This document shows, piece after piece, positions 35,924 to 48,359 of a stretch of 64,000 nucleotides of DNA. The notes under the pieces are model-generated. The model did no database searches. It worked only from the letters and a program-made list of their open reading frames with translations, and was not told the DNA's origin. Positions within the stretch are counted from its first letter, which is position 1, and every line of letters starts with the position of its first letter. The stretch spans positions 48,484,001-48,548,000 of the forward strand of contig NC_083240.1 in the NCBI RefSeq assembly GCF_032191835.1, in the 5' to 3' direction. A program made the position numbers and the translations under genes. The DNA is from Heteronotia binoei. Taxonomy: Eukaryota.

Positions 35924-36054
35924 GTGCTGCACAATCCCCATCAATGATCACCTCTATAACATAATCAGAAAAGTTTTTTTTTTCATTAAATGAGGATGTT
36001 ACAGTTCCAAGACTGCTTCTTGGTGAAACTGAGCCCCCTAGGGTCAGGCACACA
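35924..36054 (+). repeat. Inverted copy of IFT20 intronic sequence 30591-30718
   Basis: Reverse complement aligns end to end with 30591-30718 (about 85% identity by eye). Confidence 0.85.
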
Positions 36055-37900
36055 TTGTATTAGGGGTAGGATGGTTCGTGAAACATGAGCCCGATATTAA
36101 ATGGGGAGAACAGACTATAGACTTTATCGATAAGAAGTGTGATCACCATCACTTGGACAAAACTTGGGGCACTGATCCAGCACCTAGAAACGAAAAACTG
36201 TGCTTAACAACAGAAGAAGTTCGATCGATTCCTAAGGAATACAGAGACTTGAGAAGAGTGTTTAGTGAAGAAGAAGCAAACGAACTTCCTCCCCACCGGG
36301 ACACTGATTGCGCTATAGAACTGATCCCCAGACAAGAGCTCCCCAGAACCAAACTCTACTCGATGGGGTGGGCAAAGAAAGCCGAGTTACAGAAACTTTT
36401 AGACAAAAATTTAAAACGAGGTTTTATCCGGCCGGCTACAGCTCCCCATGTAGCTCCTGTACTTTTCAGAAAGAAGAAGGATGGGGGGGGGGGGCTCCAG
36501 CTTTGCACTGATTTTTGAGGAATTAATGGGATTTCTACCTCGAATGCCTACCCCATACCCCTAATCAAAGATCTGTTACGCACGGTGTCAGAGAGAAAAG
36601 TTTTTACCAAGCTAGATTTGCGGGACGCGTACTTCAGAGTGCGCATAGGGGAGGGGGATGAATGGAAAACCGCCTTCAATACCCCCATGGGTCAATTCAA
36701 ATATCTGGTCATGCCATTTGGATTACAAGGGGCTCCTGGAGTTTTTATGAACTTCATAAATGAAGTATTAAGCAAATATTTGTTTTTAGGGGGTCATGGT
36801 GTACCTGGGCGATATAATTATTTATTCTAAAGACACAATCACATGTGAAACTGCTAAGGGAAGTATTAAGCACACTATACGAAAACAAACTGTATGCCAA
36901 ACGGTTATGCTATAGGTAGTTGAGTGCATGGAATGAAATGCGCCTGTTTCAAAAAGGTGTCCACTACTACCAAGATTATCGTTTTCCCTTGGGACACCAG
37001 GAGTTACACTCATTCCCAGACAAGGTCATTAGTGACAGAGGGCCTCAGTTCGTTGCCAACTTTTGGCGGGAGTTTTGTAAATTAACAGGAATGGAGCAAG
37101 GTCTGAGCTCGGCATATCACCCTCAGACCGACGGGCAAACAGAAAGAGTGAATGCACTTCTAGAACACTATTTATGGTGTTTTGTGAATTATCAACAATC
37201 AAATTGGGTAGAGCTCCTGCCTTTCGCGGAGTATGGCTATAATAATAGTGTGCATAGCTCTACCAAAACCTCCCCTTTCCTGGTGGTGAATGGGTATGAG
37301 GGAAAGCCTTTCCCGTTGCCACCAGGTAGAACTACCCCGGACCTACCATCCTCTTTTGAACATTGGTGGGGAAACCTAGGGAAGGTGTGGAAAGCAATAC
37401 AGGAAAACTGTATTGCTTTCCACACAGCAGCTAAAGACACTTACAAAAAGCATTATGACAAGAGTCATACTCCAGTGTGGGACTTTAAAGTAGGAGAAAC
37501 GGTTTTGCTTTCCACTAAGAAATCAAGGAAATTTAGGATGCAAAATTAAAACGAGGGGTGTTGTATTTTTTTTAATTAGGTGGAAGCATTTCTCACCAAG
37601 TCACGACGAGTGGGTAGAGAGCTCAAATTTGAGGGCAAAATAATTAATAAAAAAGTTTTGCAAACTGCATCCATCTAAGCCCTGGAAGAAATCTTAGGGG
37701 GGGGGGGCAGTATGTCAAGCATGATATTTCTGGTTATTGACTCAATATGTATTATTGAACTCTCTTTCTTTTTCCTCTACTCCTTTTTTGCATAAGACTG
37801 CTCTTCAAAGCTTTCCCCCCTACCTAGTAATTCTAAAGGATTCAGAATATGCAAGTAACCTTGTCTTTGTAAGTAAATTGCCTCTCCCACCAGCTCCCAT
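36055..37900 (+). mobile_element. Degraded, internally deleted Ty3/gypsy element (protease-RT start, integrase, PPT, start of 3' LTR)
   Basis: LPPHRDTDCAIEL, FTKLDLRDAYF, ISDRGPQFVANFW; PPT gggggggggcagta followed by TGTCAAG at 37713; right boundary uncertain. Confidence 0.85.
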
Positions 37901-37948
37901 CCATACGTCTTATCAGTAAGCCAAGAATGTGTGGGGACTAGGAGATGT

Positions 37949-40900
37949 TGTAATGACCAAATGAATAGTTGATAGTACCCCTTGAATCTCTCTGCAATTC
38001 ACATCTGTATGTTAACTTTTGGTCAAGAAACTAAAACCAGTTTAAAGCAGTTACAATGTCTGACATACTGCCCCCCCTAAGCTCGTGCTCGGGGTTTGTC
38101 TGGGTGCAGTAGGTAAAATTTCTTCAAGAGCTGGGGGGCCCGCAGGTCGGTTGATTTGACCCATTCATCACAGCTACTAAGAAAGTATTTCCAGCGGACC
38201 AGGTAGTACAATACCCCCCTTTGGACCCTAGAGTCCAAGATCTCTTGCACCTCATGGTGGCTCTGGCCCTTCACTTGAATAGGAGGTGGCTCTGGAGGGC
38301 GGGGGTGCCAACACGTGGGTCCAGGATCTTTGCGAAGAAGGCTGCAATGAAAAACAGGGTGGATCTTACTAAACAGCTTGGGTAACTCTAGTTCTACTGT
38401 CACCTTGTTGATTACCCTTTTGATTTTAAAAGGCTCCAGGAACTTGTAAGCTAGTTTCCTACAAGTTTGAGGTAGGGGGAGATTCTTTGTTGATAGGAAT
38501 ACACTCTCTCCCTCTTTGAACTCCCATTGCGAGGAGTGTTTTTTTGTCAAACTGGGCCTTGTAGTCTCTCTTTGCAGCTTCGAGGTTTTCTTGGATCACC
38601 TCCCACCCTTTCTTGACTCCTTCCCACCACTGCCTACAAGAGCTAGGTGGCGCTGTTCCATCTCCTGCAGGCAGTGTTGGGAAAGGCCGTCCTTCATAGC
38701 CGTTTACGATTTGAAATGGTGAGGCTTTGGTTGAGCTGTGCAGGCTGTTGTTATAGCCATACTCAGCGAACGGGAGCAACTCGACCCAGTTGGATTGTTG
38801 GTAATTGATGTAGCACCGTAGATACTGCTCCAGAAGCCCATTCACCCTCTCCGTCTGTCCGTCTGTCTGTGGGTGATAGGCTGAGCTCAACCCTTGTTCG
38901 ATTCAAGCCATTTTACAAAACTCCTGCCAGAAGTTGGCAACAAACTGCAGGCCGTGGTCGCTAATGACCTTCTCTGGGAATGAGTGGAGCCTAACCACGT
39001 GGTGAAAGAACAGATAGGCTAGCTTTTTGGCCATGGGGAGCTGTTTGCACAGTATGAAGTGCGCCTGTTTAGAAAAAGTGTCCACGACCACCAAAATTAC
39101 TGTTTTCCCTTGGGAGGGGGGTAATTCCACTATAAAGTCCATTGAAACAACCGCCCAGGGTCTGGAGGCGGTGGGTAATGGTTGCAGTAGCCCCAGCGGC
39201 TTCCTTCCCCTCTTTTTTGCCATGATGCAGGTGGGGCATGACCCTACAAATTCCGATATGTCTTTTTTCATTTGGGGCCACCAGAATTGTCAGTTCACCA
39301 GGTGGAGGGTTTTCACGTACCCAAAATGCCCGGCTATTTTGCTGCAATGACAGTGCTGCAATATTTCCTGCCAGAGGCTTTTGGGGACGTAAAATTTCCC
39401 ATCGTAGTACCAGAAGCCTCCCTCCCCCTTTTCCACACTCTCTGGCCTCCCTTCTCCCTCCTTTTCCGCCTCCTCTTTGAGTCGATTGCCCCCCCACGGC
39501 TCTGGCGGGTCCGTTTTCTTCCCCGACCTGGTAGTCACTCCACCCGCTACTGCTGAGGGGGGAATGAGGGAATCAACAACCTCCTCTTTTTGGCTCTTGT
39601 GCTGTGGGAGGCAGGATAGGGTGTCTGCTAGAAAATTTCTTGAGCTGGGTATGTGCTTCAGCACAAAGTCAAATTTGGCAAAGAACCCTGCCCAGTGGAT
39701 TTGCTTGGCTGTTAGTTTCTGCCGCCCGGTCAGGGCTTTTAGGTTTTTATGGTCTGTCCAGATCTCAAATGGGACCCGGGCTCCTTCTAACCATGACCTC
39801 CACGTTTTTAAGGCATAGGTTACTGCAAAAGCCTCCTTGTCCCATACTGACCAATTCCGTTGCTCGTTTGAGAATTTGCAAGACACGTAGGCGCAGGGTC
39901 TGAGTCTCCCCTCCGGGTCTTTTTGCATTAATATTGCTCCGATGGCTACATTGGAAGCATCGCATTGCACCACGAAGGGCTTTAGCTCATTGGGGTGGGC
40001 CAGCATGGGTTCGCTGGATAGTTTGGCATAGAGTTTGTTCTGGTATAGGGTGGTTAGCACCTTCCATACTAGCGGCACGTGGGACTCTAGATCCTTTGAG
40101 TAAATAATTATGTCATCCAGGTACACCACTACCCCCTTGTACAGGTACTCCCGTAACACTTCGTTTATAAAGTTCATGAACACCCCTGGCGCCCCTTGTA
40201 ACCCAAACGGCATTACTCAGTACTCAAATTGGCCCATCGGGGGTTAAACGCCGTTTTCCACTCATCCCCTTCCTTGATCCTAACTCGAAAGTACGCATCC
40301 CTAAGATCGAGCTTCGTAAATACCCTCCCCTCTGACACCGTGCTCAATAGATCTTTGATCAGTGGAATGGGGTAGGCATTAGACATTGAAATCGCATTAA
40401 TCCCGCGAAGGTCTGTGCAAAGTCTCAAACTCCCATCCTTCTTCTTCCTGAAGAGGACTGGGGCGGTGTGTGGTGCCGTGGCAGGTCTTATGAAGCCCCA
40501 TTTTAGGTTTTCTCTATGAACTTCCTTAGCTCTTCCTTCTCCGCCCAACCCATGGAGTACAGCTTGGCGCGAGGAAGCTCCTGCCCGGGGATTAGTTCAA
40601 TGGCACAGTCAGTGTCCCGGTGGGGCGGCAATTCGTCAGCTTCCTCCTCGCTGAATACACGCCTAAGGTCTTGGTACTCCTTGGGGATGGACCTGATTTC
40701 CTCTACGGTCACACACAGTTTCTCGTTCTGTGGTGGAGGGTTGGGGCCCCACTCCTTCCGCCAATGGTGGTGGTTGCACTGCCAGTCAGTGAAGTCTATT
40801 GTCTGGGCCTCCCACTGGATGTCCGGTTGGTGCTTGGCTAGCCAACCAACCCCCACCACTACGTCGAAGGAGGATGAGGGGGCTATCACAAACACCTCCA

Positions 40901-40998
40901 CCCCCCAGTGGCCCAGGGTCCCGACCCGCACTTCCTGCGTCTCTTCCATGCACGGTTCCCCCCTCATCGCTGTCCCGTCCATTTGTTTGAATTGGATG
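37949..40998 (-). mobile_element. Chromodomain Ty3/gypsy element A, 3' part (protease end, RT with deletion, RNase H, integrase, chromodomain, partial 3' LTR)
   Basis: ORFs 40503-40982, 40213-40548, 39290-40213, 38903-39271, 38459-38890, 38077-38550; PPT gggggggcagta then TGTCAGACA at 38065. Confidence 0.9.
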
Positions 40999-41430
40999 TG
41001 TCAGAACTGGGAAGAACTTCAGAAGATTCCAAGTCTTGTTACAAAGTTAGGATCTTTATTGAAGAACTACAGTACTAGAGCAACGAGATAACAGTAATGC
41101 CAATTCTTGGCAGTTGGTTACATTTTATGCCCTCAGCAAAGCACAATAAAACTATCATTCACACGGTTACAGACAAGTGTCTCTTTTCCCAGCATTCGTT
41201 ATCAGAAGGGAGGATGTTCCCCTGTGGTGAAGGCCAAACGGCCTGTCTTCAAAGGGCACCTGTGGATGTTAAGCAGAGACTATCTATCGCCTTCTCTACT
41301 GCCCTAAATATTTGGCATACCTAAGAGGGCAGGGTTAATTACTGAGACTAGGCACTCTATGTTAGTGTTAGGTTACAGCATGGAGTCGGTTTGGTCAAGG
41401 CAGATAGAGCAAAAGTTACAAGTTCTGACA
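40999..41430 (-). mobile_element. Complete 3' LTR (432 bp) of gypsy element B
   Basis: TGTCAGAAC...GTTCTGACA inverted termini; AATAAA; preceded by PPT gggggggcagta. Confidence 0.92.
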
Positions 41431-44400
41431 TACTGCCCCCCCTTAGCTCTTCGCCTTGGGCTTGTGTGGGTACAGTAGGTGGAATCTCTTGAGCAGTTGA
41501 GGAGCAGAGACATCACTAGCCTTTACCCATTCATCACAACTCGGGGGGAAATACTTCCACCTAATAAGGTAGTACAACACACCCCGTTGGATTTTGGAAT
41601 CTAAAATCTCCTGCACCTCATGGTGACTCTGACCCTTCACTAAGGTCGGAGGCCGCTCCGGAGGGCGAGGATGGAAGAACGTAGCTCCAGGATCTTTGCG
41701 AAGAAGGCTGCAATGAAAAACAGGGTGGATCTTACTCAAGGATTTGGGCAGTTCTAACTCTACAGTCACCTTGTTGATAACCTTTTTTATCTTAAAGGGT
41801 CCCAGGTATTTTAGAGCGAGTTTACGGCACCCCTGCGGGAGGGGCAAGTTCTTTGTGGATAAAAAGACAGTCTCCCCCTCTTTTAATTCCCATTGGGGGG
41901 CGTGCTTTTTGTCAAAATGCCGATTGTACTCCTTTTTCGCCTCCTCCAGGTTTTCTTGAATCACCCTCCACCCCTCCCGTACACTTTCCCACTATTGTTG
42001 ACATGAAGTGGGCTCTGGGGATCCGGATGGCAAGGGGAGGTTGGGGAAGGGTTTCCCTTCGTAACCGTTGACTATTTGGAAGGGGGAGGTTTTGGTGGAG
42101 GCATGAAGGCTGTTGTTGTACCCATATTCTGCGAAGGGGAGTAGCTCCACCCAATTTGTTTGTTGGTAATTAATATAACATCTCGAGTACTGTTCGAGAA
42201 GCCCGTTCACTCTCTCCGTCTGTCTGTCCGTTTGCGGATGGTACGCGGAACTCAGCCCCTGCTCAATCCCGGCTAGTTTACAAAACTCCCGCCAGAAGTT
42301 GGCAACGAACTGTGGGCCGCGGTCACTAATGACCTTGTCCGGGAACGAATGTAGGCGGACCACGTGATTAAAGAATAGCTGGGCCAATTTCTTGGCCGTG
42401 GGGAGTTTTTTGCAGGGGATGAAATGAGCTTGTTTGGAAAAACGTGTCTACCACCACTAATATCACCGTTTTCCCTTGAGAGGGGGGAAGTTCCACGATA
42501 AAATCCATCGAAACTACTGCCCAGGGGCGGCTTGCCGTTGGGAGGGGAACCAAGTGACCAGGTGGCTTCCCCCCCCTTCGCTTGGACATGATGCAGGTGG
42601 GGCAGGTGAGCACAAACTCAGAAACATCTCTCTTTAATGTTGGCCACCAGAATTGTTGAGTAATCAGATTGAGGGTTTTTACGTACCCAAAGTGGCCGGC
42701 TAGCCGGCTGGAGTGGCCCTGCTCGAGGACCTCTTTTCTTAGAGATTTCGGCACGTAAATTTTCCCTTTGTGAAACCAGAGCCCCCCTTCTCCTTTCTCT
42801 AGCCCATCGGGTCGTTCTGGCCCCTCTAACTCGGTTTCTGTAGCAAAGCGTTCCTTCTGTTGTGGGTCGGGGACCCCGGTTTGCTTTGCGGAGCGGGTAG
42901 TGACCCCCCCTGCGACGGCGGAGGGGGGAATGAGAGAGTCAATTACTTCCTCCCTCTGGCTCTCGTGCTGGGGCATGCGCGATAGCGCGTCAGCCAAAAA
43001 GTTTTTGGTGCCGGGAATGTGTTTCAGCACGAAGTCGAATTTGGCAAAAACCCCCGCCCACCGGATCTGTTTTGCAGTTAGTTTGCGACGGCCGGTGAGG
43101 GCCTCTAGGTTTTTGTGATCAGTCCAAATTTTGAAGGGGACTCAAGCTCCCTCTAGCCAGGATCTCCACGTTTTGAGAGCAAACATTACTGCAAAAGCCT
43201 CTTTGTCCCACACTGACCAATTCCTCTGTTCATTTGAGAATTTGTGTGAGATGTAGGCACAGGGACGGAGTTCCCCCTCCTCATTTCTTTGCATTAATAT
43301 GGCTCCTACGGCGACGTCGGAGGCGTCGCATTGCACCACAAAGGGCTTCAGTTCATTGGGGTGAGCCAGTATTGGTTCAGAGGTGAACAGTTGTTTGAGC
43401 TCTTTAAAAGCCTGGTGGCACTCCAGCGTCCACGTTAGGCGTGCGCCGGGTTTTTTCGCCTCGTCCCCTTTTCCCTTCGTCTTGAGGAGTTTGGTGAGGG
43501 GGAGCATTACTCGGGCGAACCCCTTAATGAATCCGCGGTAAAAATTCGCGAACCCAAGAAATGATTGTAGCTGTCGTCGGGTTCGAGGGGGTTCCCAATC
43601 TAGAACCGCCTGAATTTTTGCGGGATCCATCGCTAGTCCCTCCCCGGACACCCGAAACCCCAGATAGTCTAGTTCCGTTTTGTGGAACTCACATTTTGAC
43701 AGTTTAGCATACAATTTGTTCTTGCACAGGGTGGTTAACACTTTTCTCACCAATGGTACATGTGATTCAAGGTCCTTAGAATAAAGAATGATGTCATCCA
43801 GGTACACCACCACCCCCTTGTACAAAAACTCCCTCAACACCTCATTGATGAAGTTCATGAACACCCCTGGCGCCCCTTGAAGTCCAAAGGGCATTACTAA
43901 GTATTCGAATTGTCCCATGGGTGTGTTGAAGGCAGTTTTCCACTCGTCTCCCTCTTTAATCCGCACGTGGAAGTACGCGTCGCGGAGGTCGAGCTTGGTG
44001 AAAATTTTACCCTCGGCCACAGTGTTCAATAGGTCCTTTATCAGTGGGATCGGGTAGGCATTCGACATGGAAAACCCGTTTATCCCACGAAAATCTGTGC
44101 AAAGCCTCAGCCCCCCATCCTTTTTCTTGCGGAATAGGACCGGGGCTGCGTGGGGGGCTGTGGCCGGCCGGATGAACCCCCGTTTCAAATTTTTGTCAAT
44201 GAATTTTCTCAGTTCGGCTTTCTCCGCCCACCCCATCGAGTACAGTTTCGCCTTGGGCAGCGTCTGCCCTGGGATCCGTTCGATGGCGCAGTCTGTAGGG
44301 CGGTGCAGAGGAAGCTCGTCCGCCTCCCGCTCACTAAAAGCTTTCCTCAGGTCCCTGTATTCCTTGGGGATCGACCCTATCTCCTCAAGAGTGAGGCAGA

Positions 44401-45958
44401 GTCTTTCGTTTTGTGGAGGTGCTTTCGGGCCCCACTCAGTCCTCCAATGGTGGTGCTCACACCGCCAGTCCGGGAATCGCACAATTTGCTCAGCCCATCG
44501 AATGTCCGGTTGGTGCTTGGCGAGCCACCCTGCCCCCACTACTACGTCAAAGGAGCAAGACGGGGCTATAACAAAAGTTTCTATCCCCCAATGCTCCTCC
44601 GTCCCTACTGGGGTCGCCTGGGTTTCCAGGGTACATGGCTCCCCTCTCATGGTTGACCCGTCCATCTGTTCAAATTGGATGGGGTGGGGAAGGGGGGATG
44701 TGGCCAGTCCCAGTGCCTCCACCAGGCGCGGAGTGATAATGTCTCGGGTGCACCCGGAGTCAATCAGGGCGCGGGCGTGCATAAAGCGCTTAAGGTTGGG
44801 GTTCAGGAGGGTGAGCGCCATAAACAATAACCCCCCGGTAACTCTCACCGTCAGTAGTGCCGGCGTTTCCTGGACCTGCTTTGCGGCACCGATTAAAGCA
44901 GGTCGCTGTCGTTTCCCGCCGACTCCTGGTCCCAGGATTCCTCGCTGGACTCCTCTATGGTGGTAACATCCTCGTCAATCGCCAGGGAGGTGGCAACGGC
45001 GCCCCGACTGGGCTCCTTGGAACGGCTGCCTTTCTTCTTCTGCACGATGCGCGTCGGTTTGGGTTGAACGGGTGTCGGCGTCAGCTTCACCGGGCAGTTG
45101 GTGGCTAGGTGACTCGGGTCCCCGCACCTGAAGCACTTCCGAGCCGCGGTTGTAGGGGTCATGGTTGCGGGGGCCCGCTTCCCTTCGGGTTTGCTGGATG
45201 CGGGACTCGGCTTCCCCCCCTTCTTGCCTTGCTGCTGGCGCCGCATCCCAACATGTTGGAGGTCGGTCTCTACCTCCCCCGCCAGCTGAATCCACCGATC
45301 AAGGATGTTCGCGTTCAGTCCGTTTTTGAACGCGGTGTACTTCATTACTTCGTTCCAGCCCCTGGCCCCTGGCCGCCGCGCAGTGGCCCATGAATTCGGT
45401 GGCGTACTCTCGCGTCGTGCGGTTCCCTTGTTCGATCCTTTGTAGCGCCTCGATGGCTTTTTCCTCCCTCAGGGGGTCTCCGTATTGGCGGAGCATCGCC
45501 TGCAGGAAGTCGGCCACCGTGGCCAGCTCGGGCTTCCTTCCCGTGTAGAGCCCCACGTACCATTTCCGAGCTGGTCCTCATAATTTGGAGGCGATATGGT
45601 CGACCCGGCTCGCCTCTGTGGGGTAACCTGCTCCCCAGTGCGTAAAGAACATGTTGCACTGGATGGTGAAGTACTCGACTTCGTCCCCGTCCCCATCGAA
45701 CGTAATCTTCAGTTCTCTGGCCCCTCCGCCCTCTCCCCCGGCCGGGGCGGCTGGGGCCGCTGGAGCCGGTGCTGCCGGGGCGGCGGGAGCCGGGGCGGCC
45801 GGCACGGCCGGGGCGGCGGGTGCGGGGGGCGCCGGTGCTGGTGGCGCAACCGGAGCCGCTGGAACCCCGGGGGGTGCGGGTGGTGCGGGCCCGGCCGGTG
45901 GCGGAGCCGGAGGGGTGGTTGGCGGTGGCCCCACGGGACCACCTCCCCCCGTAGCCGG
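41431..45958 (-). mobile_element. Chromodomain Ty3/gypsy (sushi-like) element B internal region, nested in the protease of element A
   Basis: gag (LKITFDGDGDEVEYF; CFRCGDPSHLATNC); pol 43142-44848 (ALIDSG protease, YLDD RT, CDAS RNase H); integrase (SDRGPQF); chromodomain (HEVQEILDSK...YLIRWK); few lesions, including two TGA stops consistent with CGA decay (45578, 43142). Confidence 0.95.
44857..44917 (-). promoter_or_regulatory. -1 programmed ribosomal frameshift signal (slippery G GGA AAC + H-type pseudoknot)
   Basis: Heptamer at 44911-44917; 6-nt spacer; perfect 10-bp stem GACCUGCUUU/AAAGCAGGUC; loop GUGCCG pairs with downstream CGGCAC; the -1 frame is the pol ORF. Confidence 0.85.
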
Positions 45959-46371
45959 GGTGGGGGAGCGGGACCTTAGCGAACCCCAGGGCTTCCACCA
46001 GGTGGGGGGTGATAATTTCCCGGGTGCAGCCCGAGTCGATTAAGGCTCGGGTGTGCATGAACCTCTTCAATTTGGGGTTCAGCAACATCACGTGCATGAA
46101 TAGCAGTTCCCCTGTTATTCATGTTGTCTGTTCCCATACTCCCTTATCTCATTCCCAGGAAGGCTCCCTGCTGGTTACCTTGAAGCATACCATCTTCAAA
46201 GGTTTGGGGGCGCCTGGGATGCCAAGTGAGAAATTCTTCCCATGGGATTTACAACCTTCTCTCTGTGTTTGAAATGCACAGCTTTATGATCAGGGTTAGT
46301 AACAGCAAACCAGATGGCGTTAGTCAGGTCAAGAAACTAAAACCAGTTTAAAGCAGTTACAATGTCTGACA
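45959..46371 (-). mobile_element. Gypsy element A 5' part (partial 5' LTR joined to protease N-half; gag deleted)
   Basis: TGTCAGACATTGTAACTGC... at 46371 matches the first ~45 bp of the LTR at 38065; RALIDSGCTREIITPHLVEALG...PLPHP joins IQFKQMDG at 40998. Confidence 0.85.
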
Positions 46372-46374
46372 GTT

Positions 46375-47345
46375 ACCGATCTTGATCAACTGAGCTTGGT
46401 TCTTCGGACTTCCTTCTTGAAAATGGGGGCTGAGGCCATGGGTACATGCCCCACATTTTCCACAGTGAACATAGAAGCAAAAAAGTCATTCAGCTTCCCT
46501 GAAATCTCCCCGTCTTCCTTTAGCAATCCCTTTATTCCTTTGTCATCCAAAGGCCCCATCGTATTTTTGGCTGATTTCCTGCTCCTTCTATATTTTTAAA
46601 AAATGTTGTTTGTCTTGATGCTTTTAGCAACCTGCTTGTCAAAATCTCTTTTTGCCTGCCTAATTATTGATTTGCATTTCCTTTCCCAGAGCTTGTGGTC
46701 TTTTCTATTCAATTAACTGGGGCAGACCTTCCACTTTTTAAAAGAAGCCTCTTTACTTTTTATAGCTTCCTTGACTTATGTTGTTAACTACACATACCTT
46801 TTAGACTCAACAGTGCCTTTCCTCACTTGTGGAATGCATTTTATTTGGGCATGCTTTGTTGTTGTTGTTCAGTCACAGTCAAGTCCGACTCTTTGCGACC
46901 CCGTGGACAAAGTCACACCAGGCCCTCCTGTCTTCTGATGTCTGGGATTCCTTTAGTGTCGTGTTAAATAGCTTTCAAGGATTTGACTCTTATGGATCTA
47001 GGGATCTGACTCTTGTGATTTTCTCTTCAGCTTCCTTCCTTATTACTATTCCCCTTGTTTTTGCAAAGTTCTTTCTTTTACAATCAAATGTTACTATTTT
47101 GGACTTTGGGAGTAACTTTCCATTGATCTCAATGCTGAACTTAACAGTATTGTGGTCACTGTTCCCAGTTGGTGTAATAACCTCTACATCTTTCAGCAGG
47201 TCTTGAGACCTGTGCAGAACCAAGATCAGTATCCCTCTGGTTGGCTCCTTGGCTGTTCCAGTGCACAGTCGTTCATGATGACTAGGAATCTAATTTCTGC
47301 ACCATGACTCAAGGACATGTTTACCCAGTCAGTGTGAGGGTAGCT
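46375..47345 (-). mobile_element. Degraded CR1 ORF2 fragment with an internal RTE-BovB-like piece (~46860-46935)
   Basis: SDHNTVKF...KIVTFDCKRKNF frame; cagtcacagtcaagtccgactctttgcgaccc BovB/Sauria-type motif. Confidence 0.7.
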
Positions 47346-48359
47346 GAAGTCCCCCTCTTTTCTGGAGGAACAACTGAAACAGAAGATGTGAAGATGTTGG
47401 TGTGCCGGTAAAGCAGGTAGTTGGGGAGCATACTTAATTAGACATGCTTGGAGCGAACCAAGTCCCAGTGGTCCCTGTGTGCATCTCAGAGGTTTGCTTT
47501 AGATTTGGCCAGTTGATGCCCAGGTCCTGGAGGCATTGGTGGTCTGTAGCTGCTGGTCCCTGCAGTACTGCTAGCGCATCGATTGCTTGGGTGCCAAGCA
47601 AAATGATCTGGCTTGCTGCTCTCAGCACATCTGCTGGAGGTAGCACAAATAAACTGGTGATGTTAACAATGGCATTGGCCTGTTAGGCAAAACGAGAGGA
47701 ACTGCACCAGCATCAGTGACTGCTCTTGTGAATGTACCTCATTACATCTAATTTTTACTCACTTGCACGTCACCTTGTCCTTGCATTTCAGTACTCGGAG
47801 ATCTTGCTGCTTATACTTTTTTCTTCATAGCCTCATCTATAAATATTTGTGGTAGGGTTGCCAACCATCAGGTCTCCCAGAATCACCACTCATTGGCAGA
47901 CTACAGACCTCAGCACCCTGGAGAAAATGAGAAGCTTCTGAGGGTGGACGGTTAACCCCCTGCTCTCTGGTGCGGCCCTGCTCCTTGCCTCTGGTGACAC
48001 CAGCTGTCTCGCTTTCCGGGCCACAGTTCATGGCAGAATAAAATCCGTGGGGCCTTCCAAGCCCCAAAGCCCCTATATTGAGAAGATGGAGTCATCCTCT
48101 AAGACGCCGGCTTCCTTTCAGCCACTTCAGTGGATTTAGAAGGGTAACTTTGGTACGATTGCATTGCATTCTTAAATGTAATAAGCAGATGAATAAACGT
48201 TAAAAGAAACATTTCAGAATAATTTTAAATATTTGTGCTCTAAATATTGAATCTGTTTATAATTTTTATCGTTTAATTTTTGTTACTACCCTGATTGTAA
48301 TTTTCAGCTGTTTTGAGGATGGGATTTAAACAATAAAAATAAAATCTTGTGCTCTTATT

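Noticed and set aside
44067-44966. 299-aa plus-strand ORF and similar plus-strand ORFs at 39477-41091
   Set aside because: Antisense shadows of gypsy pol
41431-45958. Element B as a domesticated PEG10/RTL-like host gene
   Set aside because: It retains an LTR, PPT, integrase and chromodomain, and carries stops and frameshifts in gag and pol, so it is a decaying TE
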